13,532 nucleotides of DNA, from NCBI GenBank assembly GCA_051382305.1, contig JBBCAV010000066.1:1-13532 (forward strand). Direction: 5' to 3'. Position 1 is the stretch's first letter; every line of letters begins with the position of its first letter. A model generated the notes under the pieces. That model did not search any database. It saw only the letters and a list, made by a program, of their open reading frames with translations, and was not told the origin of the DNA. Of the stretch, positions 8,294 through 13,532 are shown piece after piece. The translations under genes and the position numbers were made by a program. Source of the stretch: Bdellovibrionota bacterium FG-2 (lineage in GTDB: Bacteria; Bdellovibrionota; UBA1018).

Positions 8294-8734
8294 ATGACAC
8301 CCCCAAACGACCCTAGAGGCTCACATAGAGGCTCAAAAGATAAAGACATTCCAGTAGATGGCAAAGCTATCGCCGCCGAACTCCTCAATGGCTTGGACGA
8401 GGCCACCCGTCAGCGAATTTTGGGCGAAATGCGCAAACGCGACCCCGCGATCGCCTCCAAGGTCGAGGGCCGGATGTGGAATGTTGAAGACCTTATCCAC
8501 CTGGATCCCAAAGACATCAATCGCCTCGTCACTGAAGTCCCTTCTCGTAAAATTGCGCTTACGCTTCGTAAGGCCTCTGACGAACTCAAACAGCATCTAT
8601 TCTCTAATCTGCCCAAGCGTGCGGGAGATCTTTTGCGCGAAGAAATCTTGGTCATGGGCCCCCAACGCACTTCGACGGTCGAAACAGCTCAGCGCGAGAT
8701 TTATGATTTCGCCAAAAACAAAGGCTGGCTCTAA
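8294..8734 (+). CDS. Stand-alone FliG C-terminal domain protein
   Basis: DPAIASKVEGRMWNVEDL...IALTLRKASDELKQHLFSNLPKRAGDLLREEILVMGPQRTSTVETAQREI aligns by eye with the FliG C-domain. It lacks the N and most of the M domains. Start 8294 is preferred over 8231 because of the promoter position. Confidence 0.85.
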   Translation: MTPPNDPRGSHRGSKDKDIPVDGKAIAAELLNGLDEATRQRILGEMRKRDPAIASKVEGRMWNVEDLIHLDPKDINRLVTEVPSRKIALTLRKASDELKQHLFSNLPKRAGDLLREEILVMGPQRTSTVETAQREIYDFAKNKGWL

Positions 8735-8752
8735 AACCGACCGGAGGCTGAC

Positions 8753-9436
8753 CTAACTCTTCGGTGCCGCCAATACCAGACCCGCTGCGGGATGATCTAG
8801 AATTCCAGGCTTTTGGACTTGCCTCATGACGCCCTCAATGGACTGCCGCGGAATCCTTTTTTGGTAAAGATTCACAATCCATTTTGGAATCAATCCCTTG
8901 AGATCCGCATGTCCCTCTGCCTCAATGCGCGTCTTTGTGCCGTTTTCAACAGGAGTGAAGACAAAAGTACCAGAATACAAATGTGCCCGAATGCAGGCAT
9001 CGGTTACAGGACATAAGGGCTCTTCTATGGACGCAATCCGAATCGTGATTGTTTTTGCCACGACATTTGTCGCCAACGTAGCCCGATACACGAAATCGCG
9101 ATCTTTAAGGGGCCACGGCGATTTAACATGAATATATTCCACCCGCTCCGTTGCCGAAACCTGAGTCACAATCTTTGCACTGCGCAGCCTGGCCATCCAC
9201 TCCGGCTTGCGAGAAGTATCGACTGCGACCGACAGGAGCTTGCCGATAGGCGCATTCAAAACACCCACACCTTTGTAGGCGAGAACAGGAGTACCCGCAA
9301 CTTCTTTGCGGTAGATCGTGACACCACTGTAAGAGTCGACTTCTTCCCAGCCGTCATTAGCACCAACCCCTGCAGCGCCTGCTCCTGAGGCGAGCAGCAG
9401 GACAAAACCTAGAACCAAACCTATCCGAATATTCAT
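8753..9436 (-). CDS. Secreted START/SRPBCC lipid-binding domain protein
   Basis: Signal peptide, W...GVTIYRK, R..W, PWPLKDRDFV and DLKGLIPKWIVN are START-domain hallmarks. Confidence 0.9.
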   Translation of the reverse strand: MNIRIGLVLGFVLLLASGAGAAGVGANDGWEEVDSYSGVTIYRKEVAGTPVLAYKGVGVLNAPIGKLLSVAVDTSRKPEWMARLRSAKIVTQVSATERVEYIHVKSPWPLKDRDFVYRATLATNVVAKTITIRIASIEEPLCPVTDACIRAHLYSGTFVFTPVENGTKTRIEAEGHADLKGLIPKWIVNLYQKRIPRQSIEGVMRQVQKPGILDHPAAGLVLAAPKS

Positions 9437-9442
9437 TTGCGA

Positions 9443-9847
9443 CTAAGCAACCTTCTTAGGCGCGCCTAACGGCGCGTCTTTTGCCCCAGCAATCAAGAGG
9501 CTTCGCTCGTCTTTTTCATAGATTGCTTTTGCATCGCCGATGATCCGCGTGTCCAACTTACCCACCTGCTTTTCGTCTTTTTCAGCATAATTCAGTTGGG
9601 TCAAAACATAGCGCATGCAATTGATTCGCGCTCGTTTCTTGTCATCCGAGCGTACGACCGTCCAAGGTGAATCGGCGGTATCTGTATGAAAAAACATTTC
9701 CTCTTTTGCCCGCGTATAATCATCCCACTTGTCCATCGAAGCCATATCAATAGGACTCAACTTCCACTGCTTAAGTGGTAAGCATTCAGTCTTGGATTCC
9801 TTTTTGAAATCCACCACTCGCACATTTTCCGGCAGCTTTGAGGACAT
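9443..9847 (-). pseudogene. ppk2: Polyphosphate kinase 2 remnant (short N-terminus joined to the C-terminal ~110 aa)
   Basis: PLKQWKLSPIDMASMDKWDDYTRAKEEMFFHTDTADSPWTVVRSDDKKRARINC is the PPK2 lid/C-terminal region. Walker A (EGxDAAGK) and Walker B (DRSWY) are absent. There is an intact AAGGAG SD and ATG at 9847. Confidence 0.85.
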
Positions 9848-9917
9848 AAGTTCGCTCTCCTTATTGTACGCATCGGATTCTGCCAGATTTTCTTGAATTT
9901 TGATTGTTGGCTGCGCG

Positions 9918-10471
9918 TCACTCGTCAGGCGACGTACCCTTCATCACAAACCGAAGCGAGCCAAACACGACGTTTCCTTGGATATTGAGCACATGGGGAG
10001 CCGTCTTTGCGGATTCCGAAACGTAATTCAAACTCCCGATCGCCACCATGTTTTGATCGGGCAGACGCGCTTCCGCCAACACTGAATTCGCGGTGATCTT
10101 CACGGGCGTCTTCGGGTCAATCAAAACAATCCCTTCGCCAAAGACGGTGTTGATTTCTGCGGACACATCTTTATCAGTCACGCTGATCCCAGTGAGATCA
10201 AAAGTCCCTTTGCCAAACACCACACTGAATTTATTACTCCCGGTGTTCGTGGCAGTGAATTTTCCATCCGCGAAAACTGCGGCGTTTTCGTGAGAGGCGC
10301 CTCCTTTTATTCCACTAAAATGGCAACAGCCCTGAGATCCCCCGCCCACCAAAACGCGAACGCCTAGGTAAATAAAGAACCCCGCGAAAGCGATTCGCAT
10401 AATGGGAAGGTGAATCCCAAGATCAAAAAAAAGACACCTAGAATCATATGTTTTCCCGTCCGATGGCGCAT
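9918..10471 (-). pseudogene. LiaF-like (cell-wall-active antibiotic response / DUF2154-type) membrane protein, frameshifted near the 5' end
   Basis: Repeated 'VVFG...DL', 'INTVFGE', 'NVVFGS' beta motifs in ORF 9918-10400. An upstream GAGG-preceded ATG 10471 gives MRHRTGKHMILGVFFLILG in a different frame from the following GIHLPIMRIAFAG. Confidence 0.7.
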
Positions 10472-10493
10472 AATCAAACCTCTTGCGTCAAAC

Positions 10494-10522
10494 TTGTATT
10501 TGAACACGAGCAAGGCTAACTT
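10494..10522 (+). promoter_or_regulatory. Putative sigma70 promoter for the metalloprotease gene
   Basis: TTGTAT (10494-10499), 17-nt spacer, TAACTT (10517-10522). ATG 10529 lies 7 nt after the -10 box. Confidence 0.35.
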
Positions 10523-10528
10523 AGGGGC

Positions 10529-11752
10529 ATGCGATACTCAAATATATTCTTGGTTCTCGCTCTCGTGATTTCGTCTTTGACCTCTTTGACCAGCGCTGAT
10601 GCGAGGGCCGCCGACGGGGGCATGACCAGCTCTGGCGCGGAATTTGTGACGACCGAAGGCAACCCCTGGTTCGTCGGGACCGCTCCCGTAGAGTATTGCA
10701 TTCAAAAATCTGAAGACTTCTCCCCCACCCTTGAAGTCGCGCGCCATGCCGTGACAGAGGTCATTAGTGATTAGGTAAATACGCTAAAAACCCTACACCC
10801 CAATTCGACTCCGTTTCTCTTACCCGATGGAGACTACAAAACGCTTACACTCGAGTTTCGCGAAGTGGATTGTGTCGTAAAACATGATCTCACTTTTTTT
10901 CTTGGCGTCAGAACCCCAGAAATCGAATTCGTCCTCAATCACATGGCACGCTACACCGCCGGATTTGCGGGAAAAGCTTCCATCGACGATCAGACCGGAC
11001 GAACCCCAGGCGGTGTCATCTGGCTCGCCCCAGATCGCGGGGAAAAAGGCTACGCCGGGCCGGCGCTTAAGGATTTTTGGAGTCATGAGAACATTCTCTT
11101 TGGCGTTTTGGCTCATGAAATGGGGCACGTCTTTGGATTGGGCCATCAAATCGATGGCGTGATGAACGAGGACATTCCCGCAAACTTGATTCGCAGTAAA
11201 AAAGCCCTTCGGGTGACACCACAGATTTTTCGCTATTCACGGTGGTTAGATCGCGGTGAAACGATTTGCGGTGACTTGCCTGAATCTGAGTACGAACAAG
11301 TTCGAAAGTTCCTTGGCGTTTCCGATGTGATTCGCTGGTCGATGTGCATCACCCCCAAACGAGATTCCTACGGCGGAGCTTTTTCCGAGTTGCAGCTCGA
11401 ATTCATTTCAAAAAAAGAAATCATCAAGCGCTCCTTTGACGTAACAAAGAGCTACGCCCGTTACGAAATCGGGCAACCCCGCAGATCCATTCAAGGCCTG
11501 TATTATGAAAATCAGGTCAATATGGCTTTTGAATACCATCATGCAACGTTTTTAGACCTCACCGACATCCAATATCGCGGAACGCTGGCCACCACCCCCG
11601 CAATGCCCCTCATTATGAGTACCTCAGGACCGCTGGTGCAACTCACCCTGCTTAACGGATCCGAGTTCTTGGATTTTCATTTTTTCATAGGCAATTGGAA
11701 CCCCTATCAACCCGGCGGCATCAAGAACTCATCTGATTTAGATTCGGAATAA
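10529..11752 (+). pseudogene. Secreted metzincin (matrixin-like) zinc metalloprotease interrupted by one in-frame TAG at 10772-10774
   Basis: ORFs 10529-10774 and 10865-11752 share a frame and the intervening codons are open (VNTLKTLHPNSTPFLLPDGDYKTLTLEFRE). It has an N-terminal signal peptide and HEMGHVFGLGH followed by a Met-turn (GVMN). Confidence 0.85.
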
Positions 11753-12553
11753 ATCAAAATTAAGCTGAAAGACCTGCTCAGCCGGGGAGTCGCCAATCTC
11801 TTTAGATTGACGCTTAAGAAACTGCAGAAACCGCTCTTTGATCTGCGTTCTCAACGCTTCGGTCGCGCTAAAAGAGGCGGTAAAAAAATAATCCTCCTCA
11901 CTTTTGGCGCGCTGGAGCGAATCAATGGCCTTAAGCCTAAAAAAAGTACCGTTCACTCTTGCAAGCGGGGATTCCTTTTCAAGATGCAGGTTGGGCTTGA
12001 GCACCTCAAGCCCCTGGGGCGTAAAGCGAATCAAACCACAATCTTCAAGAACCGACAAAATTCGCGTAAACTGTTCTTGCGAAACATCCAGTTTTTCAAC
12101 CAAAGCCTCGGGATTCTTTTGAAACTTAGGAATCGTCAGAAACATATGTGCAATCGGAATATGGGGATCGCAATAGTATTGAGTGAGATGCTCGGCAGAA
12201 ACCTTAACGGTCTCATGCTTTATGAATTTTTCGGTCTTAAGATGTTTAGCGCGTATCTGATCGCGTTTTAAGGCCAGTTCAGCCTGTCTCTCGGGGACGG
12301 TGCAACGTTCAATTTCAAGAAGCAAGAGAAGATAGTCGATTTCCTCTGAGCCCAACCCCAAGCGCTTGGCGATGAGATAGAGCTGATCCGCACTCAGGTG
12401 CGGCGCGCCGTTTAAAACCTGCGAGAGATAGGAGCGTTGAATCTTGGCGTAATCCGCAAGCTTTGAAAAAGAGAGCGTAGAATCCTTCTTTTTCTTGATT
12501 TCCAGTGCCGACTTCAAGAACCTCTTGTAGTCCTGAATACTGAATACGCTCAT
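11738..12553 (-). CDS. TIGR02147-family protein (N-terminal XRE-like HTH plus DUF4423-like C-terminus)
   Basis: MSVFSIQDYKRFLK...SFSKLADYAKIQRSYLSQVLNG..HLS, a length of 271 aa, and C-terminal EQVFQLNFDLF are all typical of this family. Confidence 0.88.
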   Translation of the reverse strand: MSVFSIQDYKRFLKSALEIKKKKDSTLSFSKLADYAKIQRSYLSQVLNGAPHLSADQLYLIAKRLGLGSEEIDYLLLLLEIERCTVPERQAELALKRDQIRAKHLKTEKFIKHETVKVSAEHLTQYYCDPHIPIAHMFLTIPKFQKNPEALVEKLDVSQEQFTRILSVLEDCGLIRFTPQGLEVLKPNLHLEKESPLARVNGTFFRLKAIDSLQRAKSEEDYFFTASFSATEALRTQIKERFLQFLKRQSKEIGDSPAEQVFQLNFDLFRI

Positions 12554-12658
12554 ACTGATTGTTTAGTTTAAATGAACAAAGAAGTCTCGAATTAAGTTTA
12601 ATAAAATATACGATTGCTGCCAAGCCCGTTAGCCTGGATTCACAAGGAGACAGTGAAA

Positions 12659-13069
12659 ATGAAAAAACAAATAATAATGGTATTGGGATTGATGGTTGTG
12701 GCCGGTTCCGCGTCAGCCAGAGAACTGCCAGATTTTTGGAAAATCGTAAAAGAAGACACGCTTGAAGCCGTGACGCCCTATGGGATTTTTGAAATCATGC
12801 AGCGGTTTCCCGTTACTTTTGAAACTTACCGAAAGGAGAATGCGAATCTTATGCTAGCGGGATTGCCGACTAGGGTCTTCAACAAGGTTGCCGTAACAGT
12901 CGTGCAAATGGAATGGCAAGGTCCCACCCTATGTCCTGCTGACGATCCGCGATTAAAAGCCAAATTCACAGATGGGCAAGTTTGCTGGGCGAGTTCCTCG
13001 CCAGAAGAGAAGCATCCGTGTCAGGCTTGGACAACGGCGATCAGCATCGGCGATCCTTGCGCGAAATAG
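12659..13069 (+). CDS. Small secreted hypothetical protein with four Cys
   Basis: AAGGAG SD (12644-12649), ATG 12659, signal peptide MKKQIIMVLGLMVVAGSASA, and four Cys in the C-terminal third. Confidence 0.8.
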   Translation: MKKQIIMVLGLMVVAGSASARELPDFWKIVKEDTLEAVTPYGIFEIMQRFPVTFETYRKENANLMLAGLPTRVFNKVAVTVVQMEWQGPTLCPADDPRLKAKFTDGQVCWASSSPEEKHPCQAWTTAISIGDPCAK

Positions 13070-13108
13070 AATGATGGTAGGACGTGGCTAGACGTTGCTT
13101 TAAAGAAG

Positions 13109-13190
13109 TTTAGTGCGCACTATCCAGTTTCGGGAATACATCGGCAATGGCAATTCCCATCCATTCCCAAAACTGGATAGTGCCACTGAA
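13109..13190. repeat. Long intergenic inverted repeat (hairpin) between convergent genes
   Basis: 13117-13137 gcactatccagtttcgggaat pairs with 13163-13183 attcccaaaactggatagtgc at 20/21 positions around a 25-nt loop. The stem extends about 7 bp further with one bulge. Confidence 0.85.
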
Positions 13191-13213
13191 GCGAACGCGG
13201 AACCTTCTGGCAA

Positions 13214-13532
13214 TCAGTAAATCGCTCCGGCATGCAGCGCCTTCAAAAAATCATCAACTGGAAAAACATCCACATTTCCAAACCTGAGAATCGCCTCCCC
13301 CGTATACACCCCAATGAGCTTTTCCACTGACCGCTCCCCTTTCCAAAGACGAAATTCCTCAAGCTGTCTTATCCAAGCTGGGTCCCACTTATTCTTTAAT
13401 TTAAACTCAATTGCCACAATTCGGTCGGATTTAGACGTCGTTTTCTTTTCAAGTTGAACGATGAGATCAATGTCCCGCCCGCCGCTTAAGGCATAATGAA
13501 AAAGATCGCGCTTTTTTCGAGAGTATTCGTTA
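13214..13532 (-). CDS. 3' end of an AAA ATPase / DUF4143 protein (PD-(D/E)xK-like C-terminus), partial
   Basis: The frame is open to the window edge: NEYSRKKRDLFHYALSGGRDIDLIVQ...IVAIEFKLKNKW...LIGVYTG...FPVDDFLKAL. The (E/D)IDL...AIE.K pattern is typical of DUF4143. Confidence 0.85.
   Translation of the reverse strand, partial: NEYSRKKRDLFHYALSGGRDIDLIVQLEKKTTSKSDRIVAIEFKLKNKWDPAWIRQLEEFRLWKGERSVEKLIGVYTGEAILRFGNVDVFPVDDFLKALHAGAIY

Noticed and set aside
8314..8335. TAGAGGCTCA repeated twice with 12-nt period
   Set aside because: A short in-frame duplication (RGS-H-RGS) in a disordered N-terminus. Too small to interpret.
7014..9388. Alternative-frame and antisense ORFs over the lipoprotein, FliG-C and START genes
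   Set aside because: They are nested in or largely overlap better-supported genes.
10772..10774. Genome-wide TAG reassignment (alternative genetic code)
   Set aside because: TAG terminates rpoD at its conserved C-terminus and several other genes in this window.
12614..12658. Longer TTG start for the secreted protein
   Set aside because: The SD position and signal peptide support ATG 12659.
13109..13190. Integron attC site
   Set aside because: It lacks correctly placed RYYYAAC and GTTRRRY boxes, and there is no cassette array or integrase nearby.

Overview
Bacterial chromosomal window, most likely from a Bdellovibrionota/Oligoflexia-like deltaproteobacterium. This is inferred from the TIGR02147-type gene, the stand-alone FliG-C protein and the many secreted proteins. 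The core is the macromolecular-synthesis operon on the minus strand: rpsU, yqeY, dnaG, rpoD, then an outer-membrane beta-barrel gene and tRNA-Ile2(CAT) with a terminator. Downstream of the tRNA (1-1250) is accessory DNA: a DUF6516/TumE-like toxin gene that looks damaged, an HTH antitoxin, and the 5' end of a probable transposase with repeated end motifs. Upstream of rpsU are a trypsin-fold lipoprotein whose catalytic Ser is replaced by Ala, a stand-alone FliG C-terminal-domain protein and a START-domain protein. Three adjacent damaged genes follow: ppk2 with an internal deletion, a frameshifted LiaF-like gene, and a metzincin protease with one in-frame TAG. The window ends with a TIGR02147-family HTH gene divergent from a small Cys-rich secreted protein, a long intergenic hairpin, and the 3' end of a DUF4143 ATPase gene. 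I cannot demonstrate a wholly new system. The best leads are the TIGR02147 regulator/secreted-protein module with a candidate operator, the pseudo-protease/FliG-C divergent pair with near-leaderless promoters, and the cluster of lesions. All family assignments come from motif recognition, not database searches.
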